Assembly (NCBI GenBank): GCA_963768705.1
Contig: CAVYJE010000025.1
Location: 161,341-225,340, forward strand
Direction of reading: 5' to 3'
DNA from: an uncultured Chloroflexia bacterium
GTDB lineage: Bacteria > Chloroflexota > Dehalococcoidia > DSTF01 > WHTK01
Length of the DNA stretch: 64,000 bases
Shown here: one piece after another, positions 17,944 to 29,822 of the stretch
How positions within the stretch are numbered: position 1 is the stretch's first letter
Layout of the letters: each line of letters begins with the position of its first letter
Program-made: the position numbers and the translations under genes
Notes under the pieces: model-generated
What the model was told of the DNA's origin: nothing
Databases searched by the model: none
What the model saw: only the letters and a program-made list of their open reading frames with translations

Positions 17944-18783
17944 CTACGTGGCGCGGCCGCGCATGGGCACGGGCAGACGGCGGCTGACGAGGTTATCGGC
18001 CCACTCCCGGAAACCGTCGTCCGGGTAGTCCGATGGGATCATGTAGAACGTGCCCTGCTTGATGCCGTCGAGGACGAAGTCCGCCAGCTCATCCGGTGAG
18101 GTGCCGTTCTCGAGGCGGGACCAGAGGGCGTCCCAGCCTGTCGCCTGTCCGCTCTGGCCCGGGTTGCGCAGGTCGTCCGGGCGGTGCTCCTCTGCTGCCT
18201 TGAGGTTCGTGTTCACCCAGGTGGGGCAGAGCACAGAGCAGCCGACCTTGGCGTCACGGGCCTTGAGCTGGAAGTACAGCGCCTCGCTCATGGCGACGAC
18301 CGCGTGCTTCGTGATGCTGTAGATGCTGTTCGAGGGCCCGGTGCCGGCCATCGAGGCCGTGTTGATCACCCAGCCCTCCTCGTCCTGGTCGAGGAGGATC
18401 GGCGTGAACGTGCGGATGCCGTTGATCACGCCCCAGATGTTGACGCCGAACATCCACTGCCAGTCGCGCACGGACGCCTCCCAAAGCGTCGACTGGGAGT
18501 TGAGGACGCCTGCGTTGTTACAGACGACATGCACCTTGCCGTACGCGTCCAGGGCCTTCGCGGCCAGCTCGTCGACCGCCTCAGGGCTGGCGACGTCCGT
18601 GATCACGCCGATGACGTCGTGCTCGGCGTGGCGCATCGCCTGCACGGTGGCGTCGAGCGCGGTCGGGTCGATGTCGGAGAGCACGACCTTCATGCCTTCG
18701 CGCGCGAAGCGCTCCGCCAACCCCCGGCCGATGCCGCTGGCAGCGCCTGTGACGACCGCTACCTTGCCCTCGAAGTCCTGCAT
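17944..18783 (-). CDS. SDR-family oxidoreductase
   Basis: Starts at ATG 18783 after GGAGG (MQDFEGKVAVVTGAASGIGRG). It has NNAG and the Y..xK catalytic pattern (YSITKHAV). It is a paralog of 47496-48332. Confidence 0.85.
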   Translation of the reverse strand: MQDFEGKVAVVTGAASGIGRGLAERFAREGMKVVLSDIDPTALDATVQAMRHAEHDVIGVITDVASPEAVDELAAKALDAYGKVHVVCNNAGVLNSQSTLWEASVRDWQWMFGVNIWGVINGIRTFTPILLDQDEEGWVINTASMAGTGPSNSIYSITKHAVVAMSEALYFQLKARDAKVGCSVLCPTWVNTNLKAAEEHRPDDLRNPGQSGQATGWDALWSRLENGTSPDELADFVLDGIKQGTFYMIPSDYPDDGFREWADNLVSRRLPVPMRGRAT

Positions 18784-18873
18784 GTCTGCCTCCTCGCCTT
18801 GATGCCCCGCGATGATACGACCGTTCGGCAAGAAGGAACGAGGAACTGGGAACAAGCGGGGCCTGGCTGTCCT

Positions 18874-18915
18874 GATGGTCGTAGCCTCCCAGCATGCTGG
18901 GAACCTACGACCATC
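18874..18915. repeat. 42-bp imperfect palindrome; copy 3 of the GTAG..CAGCATGCTG..CTAC family
   Basis: GATGGTCGTAGCCTCCCAGCATGCTGGGAACCTACGACCATC has a 2-nt internal mismatch (CC versus GT after reverse complement). It lies in a divergent promoter region. Confidence 0.85.
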
Positions 18916-19028
18916 GTTAACCCTTGATCCGATTCGTGGATCAGCTAGGCTGTACCGTGCACGGACTAACAACATCAGAAGCTGCGGTATTCATCTCGCA
19001 GACGTTTCGACGCAAGAAGGAGAACCCC

Positions 19029-19844
19029 ATGGCGACCCAGGTCCAGATCACAGAAAAGTACGCCGAGATGAGCCACGGCAAGACCCGCTACTTCGAGGGC
19101 GGGACGGGCTACCCGACCATCCTGATCCACGGCGCCGGCATCGAGAGCGGCGCCGATGGCTGGCTCGGCGTATTCGAGGACCTCGCCTCCCAGCTGCGCG
19201 TCCTCTCTATCGACAGCCTGAACTGGGGCCCCGGCGACGTGTTCGACCAGGAGTTCTCGTTCGCCTATCAGGTCGACCACATCCGTGAGTTCATGGACGT
19301 CCTCGGCATCGAGAAGGCGAACATCGTCGGCCACTCGATGGGGGGCTGGCTGGCGACGCTCTTTGCCTACGAGAGCCCGGAGCGCGTGAACAAGCTAGTG
19401 CTCGTGGCCGCCGGCGGTGCCGCGACTCGCCCGCTGCAGAACATGGTCGACTGGACGCCGCCCGCTGCCGAGGGCGTGCGCGAGCGCATTTCAGCGCGCG
19501 TGGCAAAGGCCGGCGTGGCGGTCAACGGCGAGGCCATCGTCGAATCGTACGTGAAGAAGGTGACGGACCCGGCGCACACCGCCGCGTTCGCCAAGGTCAT
19601 GAAGCACATGACCAACCCTATGACCCGCTCGCGCTACAACACCGTGCGCCGCCTGCCCCACATCAAGTCGCCGACCCTGATCCTCTGGGGCGACAACGAC
19701 AAGGTGAACGACGTCTCGCTCGGCCACCAAATGAACGAGGGCATCAAGGGCTCGAAGCTCGTCGTGTTCCCGGACACGGGCCACGGCGTACCGCAGGAGC
19801 GCCCGAAGGAGTTCGCGAAGGAAGTCCTGGAGTTCCTGGCGTAG
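19029..19844 (+). CDS. Alpha/beta hydrolase (meta-cleavage-product hydrolase-like)
   Basis: ATG at 19029 follows AAGGAG. It has an HGAG oxyanion region, a GHSMGG nucleophile elbow and a C-terminal GH. Confidence 0.8.
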   Translation: MATQVQITEKYAEMSHGKTRYFEGGTGYPTILIHGAGIESGADGWLGVFEDLASQLRVLSIDSLNWGPGDVFDQEFSFAYQVDHIREFMDVLGIEKANIVGHSMGGWLATLFAYESPERVNKLVLVAAGGAATRPLQNMVDWTPPAAEGVRERISARVAKAGVAVNGEAIVESYVKKVTDPAHTAAFAKVMKHMTNPMTRSRYNTVRRLPHIKSPTLILWGDNDKVNDVSLGHQMNEGIKGSKLVVFPDTGHGVPQERPKEFAKEVLEFLA

Positions 19845-19864
19845 TCGCGGACTAACGTAGAAAC

Positions 19865-19898
19865 AAGAAGGGCGGTCGAAAGACCGCCCTTCTTCGTG
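19865..19898 (+). terminator. Rho-independent terminator
   Basis: AAGAAGGGCGGTC-GAAA-GACCGCCCTTCTT followed by CGTGTGCTT, 20 nt after the stop codon. Confidence 0.7.
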
Positions 19899-19957
19899 TG
19901 CTTAGCAAAAGGGGAAGTGCGAGTCGTCGTGCCTCGCGCTCCCTGTCGCAATAGCGG

Positions 19958-20731
19958 CTATAGGGGTGATGCGACGATTGCCGGGATCGGAGTTCCGGTA
20001 TTGGACGGCCGTTCGTTCTCTAGCTCGTCATGTTGTGCATCGTGAGCGGTGACTATGGGCGAGGGCTTGAAGCCCTTCACGATGAGCCAGATGCCGAGCG
20101 ATGCCTCCCAGATAAACTCCGGGAGCGTGAGGAGGGACGCCACTCCCGAGGTCTGCCCGTAGAGACCGAAGAGCACTCCGATGGACGAGGCAAGGAGCAG
20201 AGGCCCCCCGACTAGACCGAAGAGGGCCATGGACCGTGGCACAAGGCCAGACCGGAACATCAGGTAGCCGAGCAGGAGTCCGTTGCCAAAGCCGGCACAG
20301 AAGGCGGGCCCAAGCAGGAACGTCCAGTCATGGATCGCGACGAGCGATGTACTGATAGCGACGAGCGACGCGGCTTCCTGGCCTGTCGTGCCCGCCAGGT
20401 CGCTTCGTAGCGTAATGACCGATAGCACGCTAATCACGCCGATGACGATGATTGCGCTCTCGATGATCCGGCTCGCGACATAGCCAAGGGCGATGCTTTC
20501 ACTCTGGCGCTTGAGGATGGGAAACAGGACGACAGCGGTGCCGATATTGGCAATGACGAGGATGATTTCAAAGAACGCTGCGAGGGAGATCCGTGTATCG
20601 GCACCGGCACCCAGGACGTAGTCCGGATGATCCAGGACCGGGGCGTACAGAAAGAGTGCTGGAATCGAGAAGACGAAGGTCATCACGAAGAGCACTCCAG
20701 TCACCATGGCAATGCTTCGAGTGGAATTCAT
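19958..20731 (-). CDS. DUF4386-domain membrane protein
   Basis: 257 aa, multi-TM. The segments AFFEIILVIANIGTAVVLFPILK and GYVASRIIESAII are typical of DUF4386. Confidence 0.7.
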   Translation of the reverse strand: MNSTRSIAMVTGVLFVMTFVFSIPALFLYAPVLDHPDYVLGAGADTRISLAAFFEIILVIANIGTAVVLFPILKRQSESIALGYVASRIIESAIIVIGVISVLSVITLRSDLAGTTGQEAASLVAISTSLVAIHDWTFLLGPAFCAGFGNGLLLGYLMFRSGLVPRSMALFGLVGGPLLLASSIGVLFGLYGQTSGVASLLTLPEFIWEASLGIWLIVKGFKPSPIVTAHDAQHDELENERPSNTGTPIPAIVASPL

Positions 20732-21220
20732 TTCTCATTGCTTTCTTTTAGGTTGCCCGCAGGCAAGTGGCAGACCGCTGTCTTGATTCAGAAGGTGGGG
20801 CACATGAATGTCGCGGCCCATATTCCAGGCCTCCTGCCTGGCCACGGGCGTCAGAACATCGGAACAGCGGATGAGTTCCGAAGAGGAGCTAGGCGAGCGC
20901 GGCCTAAGGAAGAGATACGAAAAATAATTAAGGAATTATAATTCGTTAATATGTAATATAGCAGGCTTCTGTCGCCAGTGCCGGATTCGCGACTGGGCAA
21001 TCCCTCGAATGAATGGGGTCAGGACGAACACTAGCCCCGTGGCGCTCGCACCCAGGCGTCAGTGGCACCAATTCGGGGCTGGGTTCACTGATTTGGCAAA
21101 GGTCTCTGCGCGGGCTACGATCGTTGCAAGCTCAAGCTGATTGCTGACGGCTGAAAGCCCGAAGCCAATCACGACTAAGTATTGACAGATGTACGTAGTT
21201 AGTACAGGCTAACTGACATC

Positions 21221-21595
21221 ATGACTACGACAACCCGATCAACGCCAAGCACTATCGAAAAGAGGTCCCGGATGTTCATTGCTATGAACCGTTTTCAGGT
21301 CAATCGAGGCAAGGAGAGCGCCTTCGAGGAGATGTGGCGCACGCGTGAGACGTACCTGGACGAGGTCCCCGGCTTCGTCTCTTTCGCGTTGCTGAAGAAC
21401 TGGATCGCCGACGACGGCACCACGGAGTACATCTCGCACTCGACGTGGCGCTCCCGTGAGGACTTCGAGAACTGGACTAACTCTGAGCACTTCACGCGCG
21501 GTCACGCCCAGGGCTCCGTCGCGGGCATCCTGGCGGGTCACCCCGTCGTTGCCCTCTACGAGACCGTCCTGGAGCAGCAGCCCGCAAAGGCGTAG
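21221..21595 (+). CDS. Antibiotic-biosynthesis-monooxygenase (ABM) domain protein
   Basis: The ABM core reads MFIAMNRFQVNRGKESAFEEMW...HSTWRSREDFENW. An alternative start at ATG 21272 follows AAGAGG and may be the real one. Confidence 0.7.
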   Translation: MTTTTRSTPSTIEKRSRMFIAMNRFQVNRGKESAFEEMWRTRETYLDEVPGFVSFALLKNWIADDGTTEYISHSTWRSREDFENWTNSEHFTRGHAQGSVAGILAGHPVVALYETVLEQQPAKA

Positions 21596-21680
21596 CGGCA
21601 AGCTAAACTAGGCCCGGCCCACTTGAGGTCGCAATGAGACTCCCCATCGCGGGAGAAGAGTTGAAGGTAAGGCCACGCCC

Positions 21681-22257
21681 ATGACCATGCTCGATGCCAT
21701 CCAGTCACGTCGCAGTCGCGGCAAGATGCGCGCCGATGCACCGCCGCGAGAGCTGATCGAGAAGGTGCTGCATGCCGCGGTGCACGCCCCCAACCACCAC
21801 GACACGCAGCCCTGGCGCTTCTTCGTCCTGGCGAACGATGCCCGCGCGCAGTTTGGCGAGTCGCTGGCGGAGGCGCTCAAGCGCCGTGTGGGCGAGATGG
21901 AGCCCTCGAAGCTGGACGGCCTGATGCTGGCCGAGCGCGCCAAGCCCATGCGCAGCCCTGTACTCATCGTCGTGGGCGTGCACTCGAACGAGCGTGACCC
22001 GATGACGCGTCGCGAGGACTTCCAGAGCGCATCGGCCGCATTGCAGAACATGCTCCTCGCAGCGGAATCGATGGGCCTCGCGGCGATCTGGCGCACGGGC
22101 GAAGGCATCCTCGACGCGGGGGTGAAGGCGCACTTCGGCCTGGAGTCCGGATGACGAAATCGCCGGCGTGCTCTACCTCGGCTACCCGGACGACACCCTC
22201 GGCCCCATGCCGACTCGCCAGCGCGAGTTCGTACCGGCCACGGAGTGGCGCAGCTAG
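21681..22257 (+). pseudogene. Nitroreductase-family protein, one apparent frameshift ~22150
   Basis: ORF 21681-22154 (RRSRGKM.., APNHHDTQPWRF, AALQNMLLAA) continues in another frame as DDEIAGVLYLGYPDD...ATEWRS* ending at 22257. Confidence 0.75.
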
Positions 22258-22901
22258 GACTCGCGGTTCTCCACCGTGGCCTGCGCCGGCAGGAGCTTCT
22301 TCGGCAGATAGACGACGCGCGTGCCGGCAAGCCAGTCGTGCGCTGTCGGCATGCGGGCGAGCACGGTGACCAGCAGCGCCGTGGCGTAGAGGAACCACAC
22401 CGTGCCGATGAGACTGCTGATGCCGCCGGAGGTCAGCGCTGTGCCGGCGAAGAAGGCGAGGATCGGCACCCAGGCCGCGAAGGATCGCTTCAATCGCGTC
22501 TTGCGCACGGCGAGCTGCTGGTTGCGGTCCACGATATCGAGGTCCAACAGGGTCTTGCCCAGGGTGCGGCGGAACAGGCTCTCGTAGATTAACGGGAACA
22601 CGAACGCCACGGTGAACACGACGATGGCCACATAGCCGCCGATCGCGGTGTCGCGACAGGAGCTCTGGAAGCCGGCGCCCGTACAGCCTTCGAAGATGTA
22701 ATAGAGAATCGCGGCGCCCCAGTAGAGAAACAGCGCGCCAAAGAACACAAGAATGAGGTCGATGCTCCGGGCGGCGAAACGCCTGCGTCTCGATGGCGCC
22801 TGGTAGCCCGAGACCTGAGGTGTCGTATCCCCCACAGAGCCTGGACTCTCCCCGGCGTCCGAGCGGATGCGGACGTATCGACGGCGTTCGCGCGATGCCA
22901 T
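22254..22901 (-). CDS. RDD-family membrane protein
   Basis: Starts at ATG 22901 (MASRERRRYV). It has the RFAARSIDLIL and GKTLLDLDIV motifs and three TM helices. Confidence 0.7.
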   Translation of the reverse strand: MASRERRRYVRIRSDAGESPGSVGDTTPQVSGYQAPSRRRRFAARSIDLILVFFGALFLYWGAAILYYIFEGCTGAGFQSSCRDTAIGGYVAIVVFTVAFVFPLIYESLFRRTLGKTLLDLDIVDRNQQLAVRKTRLKRSFAAWVPILAFFAGTALTSGGISSLIGTVWFLYATALLVTVLARMPTAHDWLAGTRVVYLPKKLLPAQATVENRES

Positions 22902-23073
22902 GACTACCCGTATATACGCGATCTGATACTCAGATGCATCCTGCGTCGCAAGATGGTTGGAATCCCAGCGTCCGACGTCAAGCGCCCACCGCGTTGTCCG
23001 CAGCCCGCCGAAGGCGACGAAAAGGCGGGGCTCGTAAGCCGAACCCCGCCACAATGCAGCTTTGCTGCGCTGG

Positions 23074-23379
23074 CTACGAGTACTTCTTACCCAGCGCCCC
23101 CAGGTCTGCCTTTGCCAGATCCTCCGGCGTCATAACAGGCTCGAAGTTAACCATGGCGTTGAACAGCAGGAAGAAAGGTTCGGCGATCATCGGCATCTGA
23201 GACGCATCCGTCATGTTGACGAACATCGTTGCGCCGCGCTTCCCCTCACGTTCCCTGAAGTAAATCGCTTCCGGCTTGATCTCAGCGAGGACCTTTTCGA
23301 CTACAGCCCCGACGCTGCCGTCCTTGACCATCTGGTTGAATGGCTCGATCGGGAAGTCAACGTCCACCATCATCCGCAT
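23074..23379 (-). CDS. Small conserved protein of unknown function (~100 aa)
   Basis: Intact 101-aa ORF (MRMMVDVDFPIEPFNQMVKDG...). It resembles a conserved small alpha/beta family found in high-GC Gram-positives. I cannot name the family with certainty. Confidence 0.5.
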   Translation of the reverse strand: MRMMVDVDFPIEPFNQMVKDGSVGAVVEKVLAEIKPEAIYFREREGKRGATMFVNMTDASQMPMIAEPFFLLFNAMVNFEPVMTPEDLAKADLGALGKKYS

Positions 23380-23643
23380 TGTTTTGCTCCTTGCTCCCGC
23401 ACCGGCTGCGCACCGGCACGGACTTGAGTCCTCGTTTCGAGGACCTCGCTTTCCCGCCCCGTCGGTTGTCCGGTGGGGCTTGAATCTACGTCCTCCGGAA
23501 CCGGTTTAATAGTCGACGCCCTCCTTAGGATCAAAGCGAGTGATGCTGGCACGGCCTTCTCCTCTGCCTGTGTCGCAGCATGTGCGTGTCAAAGCTTCTA
23601 TACTCAAACGCAATGCCGTTCGCGTTGACGGCTGGGAGGCGGC

Positions 23644-24631
<988 letters not shown>

Positions 24632-24634
24632 GGT

Positions 24635-25593
24635 TTGCCGCCTTCCCACTCTGTACTATGGATCCGTCGACATGACGACGGATACGACCAGACTGACCTC
24701 ACGACCGACCTCTCGCAGGAGGAGATGCTGGCGCGCATCCGGCGCCTGCAGATCCGCGCCCGACGCCTGGTCCGTCGGCTGTTCCTGGGCGAGTACCACA
24801 GCGTCTTCCGGGGCCGCGGCCTCGAGTTCAGCGAGGTGCGGGAGTACCAGCCCGGCGACGAGGTGCGCACCATCGACTGGAACGTCACGGCGCGCATGGG
24901 CGAGCCCTACATCAAGAAGTACGTCGAGGAGCGCGAGCTGCTGCTCTACCTGCTCGTCGACGTCAGCCCCACCTCCGGCTTCAGCTCCACCACGCTGACC
25001 AAGCGCGAGCTGGCGGCCGAACTCGCCACGCTGCTGGCCTTCGCCGCCGACGCCAACAACGACAAGACGGGGCTCATCGCCTTCACCGACCGCGTCGAGG
25101 TGTATCTGCCGCCGAAGAAGGGCCCGCAGCACATCCTGCGCATGGCGCGGGAGCTGCTCTACCTGCGCCCCGAAGGCCGCGGCACCAACATCGCGGCGGC
25201 GACCGACCTCCTCATGCGCCTGGCCAAGCGCCCGGCGGTCGCCTTCGTGATCTCCGACTTCCACGCCGGTGGCTTCGAGGGCTCGCTGCGCCTGGCGGCG
25301 CAGAAGCACGACATCACCGCCATCAGCCTCACCGACCCGCGCGAGCTGGAGCTGCCGCAGGCCGGCCTCGTGCGCCTGCGCGACCCGGAGACGGGCCGCG
25401 ACTCCTGATCGACACGGAGGACCGGCGCCAGCGGGAGCAGTACGCCGAAGAAGCCAGCGACGCCAGATCGATCGCCGCCGCCTGCTCGCCGGCCTGGGCA
25501 TCGACGAGATCGCGCTGCGCACCGACCGCTCCTACATCCAGCCGCTCATGGCCTACTTCCGCTCTCGCGCCGACCCACCGGAGGATCGCGTGA
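24635..25593 (+). pseudogene. DUF58 family protein (operon 1), about 3 apparent frameshifts
   Basis: Motifs GEYHSVFRGRGLEFSEVREYQPGDEVRTIDWNVTAR and a vWA-like core. Frame switches lie near 25405, 25462 and 25567. The probable stop is TGA 25591-25593, overlapping the next GTG. Confidence 0.75.
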
Positions 25594-26567
25594 TCCGCGC
25601 CGGCCTGCTGGCGCTCGTGGCCTTCGCGGGCTTCGTCATGACCGCTGGCAACCGCGCATGCAGAAGAGCCGGCCGTCCTCGACTTGCAAATCGAATCCGC
25701 CCAACGTCGTCACGGTGGGCGACCGCGTCAGCTACACGATCGTCATCGAGGTGGACGAGGGTACCGGTGTGGCGCTGGCCGCCGCGGGCCTGCCGCCGGA
25801 GGTCGCGCTGGTCGACCCGCCGGAGCTGAAGCGCGTCTCCCTCGGCAACGGCCGCGAGCAGGTGACGATGAGCTTCCAGCTGGCGCCGTTCGTGACGGGC
25901 GAGATCCTCATGCCGCCGTTTCCGGTGCGCTACAGCAGTCCCGAGGCACCTCCGGCGTCGTGCAGACCGCGAGCAGCGTGATCGACGTGACCAGCGTGCT
26001 ACCGGCGGCGGGCCAGGTGACGCCGCGCGACCTCAAGCCCCAGGCTGAGGTCGGCACGCCGCCGCCTACGTGGCCATTGCCCGTTCTCGGCGGACTGATC
26101 GCCGCCTTCGTGCTGCTGATCATCACGGCCCTAGTGCGCCGCCGGGTCGTGAAGTACCAGGAGGTACGGGCGCTGCGACGCGTGCCGTTAGTGACAGGTC
26201 CGGAGGACGTCGCGCGACAGGCCCTCGACCAGGCCGGCGCCGAGTTCGGCGCCGCGCACGACCTCGTCGCCTACTACACGGCGCTGGGCAACGCCGTGCG
26301 CAGCTACTTGACGGAGCGCTACGGGTTCCCCGCCTTCGCCCTGACGACGCGCGAGCTGGAGGACGAGATGCTGCGCCGCGGCATCGACCGCTGGCAGGTA
26401 CGCGTCGCCGGCGGGCTTCTGGCCCAGTGCGACGCCGTTGTCTACGCCCGCTATCGCCCCGCCGCTGAGCGCGCCGATGCCGACCTCACCGCCGCCTACG
26501 AGGTGGTGGAGATGTCGCGGCCGAAGAGCGCACGGCAGACGATCGAGAGGAGGCGCCGGTCTCATGA
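25590..26567 (+). pseudogene. BatD/DUF4381-like membrane protein (operon 1), about 4 apparent frameshifts
   Basis: A signal peptide (IRAGLLALVAFAGFVMTAG) is followed by a beta-rich ectodomain, a TM helix (LPVLGGLIAAFVLLIITALV) and a cytosolic helical part. Pieces lie in three frames. The probable stop overlaps the next ATG as ATGA at 26564-26567. Confidence 0.5.
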
Positions 26568-27500
26568 CGTTTGCGGACCCCTACCTCCTGCTTCTGCTCC
26601 TTGCGGTCCCAGTGGCGCTGCTGATCAAGGGGCGTACCGGCGAGGGCAACGGCGCCGGCGGCTTCTCCAACGTCGCGCTGCTCTCGGGGTTCCGGCCGAC
26701 GTGGCGCATGCGCTATCGCTGGCTGCCGACCTTCATTCGCGCGGGGGCGATCGCGCTGCTGATCGTGGCGCTGGCGCGGCCGCAGGTGGGCCAGGCCGAT
26801 ACCGAGCTGCCCGGGCAGGGCATCGACATCGCCCTGATCCTCGACACCTCCGGCAGCATGACGGGGCAGTCGCTGGCCTCCAGGACTCACGCCTCACCGT
26901 GGCGCAAGCGCGTGCTCATCGACTTCATCGACGGGCGGCGAGGACGACCAGCTTGGCCTCGTGATCTTCCGAGCAGGGTCGCTCGTGCTATCGCCGCTGA
27001 CCCTGGACTACGACGCCCTGACGGCGATCACGGAGGACGTCGGCGACGTCAACCTGCCGGACGGCACCGCGATCGGCGTCGGCCTAGCGACGCGCTCAAC
27101 CTGCTGCGGGAGTCGCGCGCCCGCAGCCGTGTCGCCATCCTGCTGACCGACGGCGAGAACAACGCCGGCGACATCGAGCCGCTGGCCGCGGCGCGCATCG
27201 CCGAGACGCTGGGCATTCGCGTCTACACGATCGGCGTCATCGAGCAGGGCGTCGCGCACCGTCGACGCGCAGGCACTGACCCAGATGGCCGAGCTCACCG
27301 GCGGCCGCTACTTTCCGGCCCAGAACGAGCAGGCCCTCGAAGCGATCTACGCCAGCATCGACCAGCTCGAGAAGTCGCGCATCGACCGCTCCGTGTTCGC
27401 CACGTACGACGAGTACGCCGTCTACTTCCTCGCAGGGGCGCTGGGCCTGCTGGCGTTCGAGCTGCTGCTGCGCAACACGCTCTGGAGGCAGGCGACATGA
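26564..27500 (+). pseudogene. vWA-domain protein, BatA-like (operon 1), about 5 apparent frameshifts
   Basis: It has N-terminal TM helices, a MIDAS motif DTSGSM, then ILLTDGENNAG and a C-terminal TM helix. Frame switches lie near 26865, 26905, 26940, 27085 and 27255. The stop overlaps the next ATG. Confidence 0.75.
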
Positions 27501-29338
27501 GCTTCGGCGATAGCAGTTACCTCGCGCTTGGGCTGGTCGTCCTGCTGATGGTCGCTGGCGTCGTGCGCCTGGCCACCTGGCGTCGCAACGCCCGTGAGGC
27601 CTTCGCGGGGCCTCGCTCGCGCAGCTGGCCGTCCGTGGCGTTCTGGCCGCGGTCGCTGTTCATGCTGGGCGCCGCGGCGCTCATCGTGTTCGCCGCCGCC
27701 CGGCCGCAGTGGGGCAACAACCAGTTCACGCGCGAGGTCGAGGGCATCGATATGGTGGTGGTGCTCGACATCTCCCAGAGCATGACGGCGGACGACGTCG
27801 GGCCGACGCGGATGAAGGTGGCGCAGGACAACCTCGCGACTCTGATCGAGTCGCAGCGCGGCAGCCGCTTCGGCCTCGTGTTCTTCGCCGGCAGCGCCTT
27901 CCTGCGCTCGCCCCTGACCGCCGACAGCCAGGCGATGACGCAGCTGATCCTGCGCGCCGACCGCGAGGCCGGCCTCACGCGCGTCGGCTCGGACCTCGGC
28001 GCGGCGCTGCAACAGGCCGGCGCCATCCTCGAGACCAGCGAGAACTCTGGGCGCGCCGTCGTCCTGGTCAGCGACGGCGAGGACTTCGGTGGTAGCTACG
28101 AAGCGGAGGCACAGGCGCTCGCGGACGAAGGCATCGTCGTCTATACGGCGGGCGTCGGCACGCCGGAGGGTGCGGCGCTGTTCGACGTGACGCCGAGCGG
28201 CGAACGTATGCCCAAGGTCGACGCGGGCGGTGCGCCCGTTGTATCGCGCCTCGATGAGGACAGCCTGCGCTCGATTGCCCAGATCGGCGGCGGCGAGTAC
28301 GTGCACCTCGATGGCAGCTCCACGACGGCGCTGCTGGGCATCCGCAACGACCTCGCCCGCCTCGACCAGACGCCCCTGGGCTCCGAGACGCAGGACATCC
28401 CGATCGAGCGCTTCCAGTACTTCGTCGGCGCCGCGCTTATCCTGCTGCTCCTGAGCTGGTTCACGCCGTCGCGGTTGCCGCGGCCCTCCCTGCGCTGGTT
28501 GCGGCGCAGTCGCCATCGTCCGGCGCTGGCAGTGCTGCTGGTCGCGCTGATCGTCGTGGGGTGTGGCAGCGACAGTTTGCGTGACCGCAACGAGGCGGCG
28601 AACCTGCAGTACGAGGCGGGCGACTACGCTGGTGCCCTTGTGGCGTACCAGGAGCTCATCGCCGAGCGCCCGGACGTCGACGAGTTCAGTTACAACGCCG
28701 GCAATACCCTCAACCGCCTCGGTTCCTACGATCGCGCCGTGGCGGAGACGCAGCGCGCCCTGCCGCCGCTCGACCCCGCCCTGGGCGCCGAGACCTACTA
28801 CGCGCTCGGCAACCATCTGCTGGCGCTGCAGCGACTGGAAGAGGCGTACGTGGCCTACCGCAACGCCCTCCTGCTCGACCCCAGCGACGAGGACGCGAAG
28901 TTCAACCTCGAGTATGTCTTGCTGCTGGTGCAGGAGCGTGACAACCCGCCGGAGCCGGGCGAGACGCCATCGCAAGCTGAGGGCCAGGGTGAGGGTGACG
29001 CAACCCCGTCACCGGGCGATAGCGGCCAGCCCAACACGGAAGGTACGCCGCAGCCGGGCGCCACGGGTCCGGCCGACCAGGGCGGCGAGACGGGCGAGGG
29101 CACCCCAACCCCGAATGCTGGCGACGCGACGACGCCCGATGAGGGCACGCCGGCTCCCAGCGGCACCCCTGACGAGGGCCCGAGTGCCGAAGCCCTCCAG
29201 CGCGCCCTGGCGGAGGCACTATCCGGTATCGACGACAACCTGACCTACGAGGAGGCAGTCCAGATCCTCGATCTGCTGAGGCAGCAGCAGGAGCGCCAGC
29301 TACCCGCCTCGGGCGGCTCATCAGGGCCGGACTACTAG
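27497..29338 (+). CDS. vWA-domain plus TPR protein (BatB/BatC-like fusion) with acidic Pro/Gly/Thr-rich C-terminal region
   Basis: Intact 613-aa reading frame. It has a MIDAS motif (VLDISQSM), VLVSDGEDFG, a TM helix after the vWA domain, TPR-like repeats (YEAGDYAGALVAYQE..., YYALGNHLLALQRLEEA) and then a low-complexity acidic tail. Confidence 0.8.
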   Translation: MSFGDSSYLALGLVVLLMVAGVVRLATWRRNAREAFAGPRSRSWPSVAFWPRSLFMLGAAALIVFAAARPQWGNNQFTREVEGIDMVVVLDISQSMTADDVGPTRMKVAQDNLATLIESQRGSRFGLVFFAGSAFLRSPLTADSQAMTQLILRADREAGLTRVGSDLGAALQQAGAILETSENSGRAVVLVSDGEDFGGSYEAEAQALADEGIVVYTAGVGTPEGAALFDVTPSGERMPKVDAGGAPVVSRLDEDSLRSIAQIGGGEYVHLDGSSTTALLGIRNDLARLDQTPLGSETQDIPIERFQYFVGAALILLLLSWFTPSRLPRPSLRWLRRSRHRPALAVLLVALIVVGCGSDSLRDRNEAANLQYEAGDYAGALVAYQELIAERPDVDEFSYNAGNTLNRLGSYDRAVAETQRALPPLDPALGAETYYALGNHLLALQRLEEAYVAYRNALLLDPSDEDAKFNLEYVLLLVQERDNPPEPGETPSQAEGQGEGDATPSPGDSGQPNTEGTPQPGATGPADQGGETGEGTPTPNAGDATTPDEGTPAPSGTPDEGPSAEALQRALAEALSGIDDNLTYEEAVQILDLLRQQQERQLPASGGSSGPDY

Positions 29339-29404
29339 CAATCGTCTCGAACCTGGACCAACGGCCACTCTCGACGCCCCGTTCTGACTTGCTACGATGA
29401 GTGT

Positions 29405-29803
29405 ATGAACGTTTTGCGCAAGGCCATGCCGGAGCACGTCGAAGCGCTGAGGGAGCCGCTGTTCGGCGCCTATCGCCGCGTCGTGCGCTACCAGTTCGAG
29501 CGCACCGACGAGACGGAGCAGGCGATGCGACAGGCAATTGGCGAGGTCGTGCCGTTGCTGCGGCCGTTCCGGAAGCTGCTGCCGCGACACAAGCAGAACT
29601 ATCTCCGAGCGCTCGATGAAGCAGCGCGAGACCGCGAAGTGCTGCCGGCCTCAGACCTGCTGCTGCTTTTCGATGAGACGGTGTTTCTCCTGCACATCCG
29701 CCTCAGCCCCCGCGAACGCGGTGAGGCGCCACCGCTGGAGCCGTGGGGAGAAGCCCTGCTTGCCCTCCTGGACGAACGCCGCGCCTACAACGGCGCCTTC
29801 TAA
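29405..29803 (+). CDS. Hypothetical protein
   Basis: 132-aa ORF with GC3-rich codon usage, 66 nt downstream of the BAT-like operon. I recognised no family. Confidence 0.45.
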   Translation: MNVLRKAMPEHVEALREPLFGAYRRVVRYQFERTDETEQAMRQAIGEVVPLLRPFRKLLPRHKQNYLRALDEAARDREVLPASDLLLLFDETVFLLHIRLSPRERGEAPPLEPWGEALLALLDERRAYNGAF

Positions 29804-29822
29804 TCCCACCTATACTCACTGT

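Noticed and set aside
17944-18783. The two SDR genes (17944-18783 and 47496-48332) as a recent segmental duplication
   Set aside because: The similarity is at the protein level, with an identical MQDFEGKVAVVTGAASG start and a shared motif order. The DNA and flanking genes differ, so they are ordinary paralogs.
26438-29338. 966-aa ORF in the track that looks like one giant vWA/TPR protein
   Set aside because: It is a read-through artefact. The frame happens to stay open across the frameshifted BatA-like gene and the ATGA junction at 27497-27500. Only residues from 27497 onward form a coherent protein, and the upstream part alternates between real BatA segments and Arg/Pro-rich out-of-frame translation.
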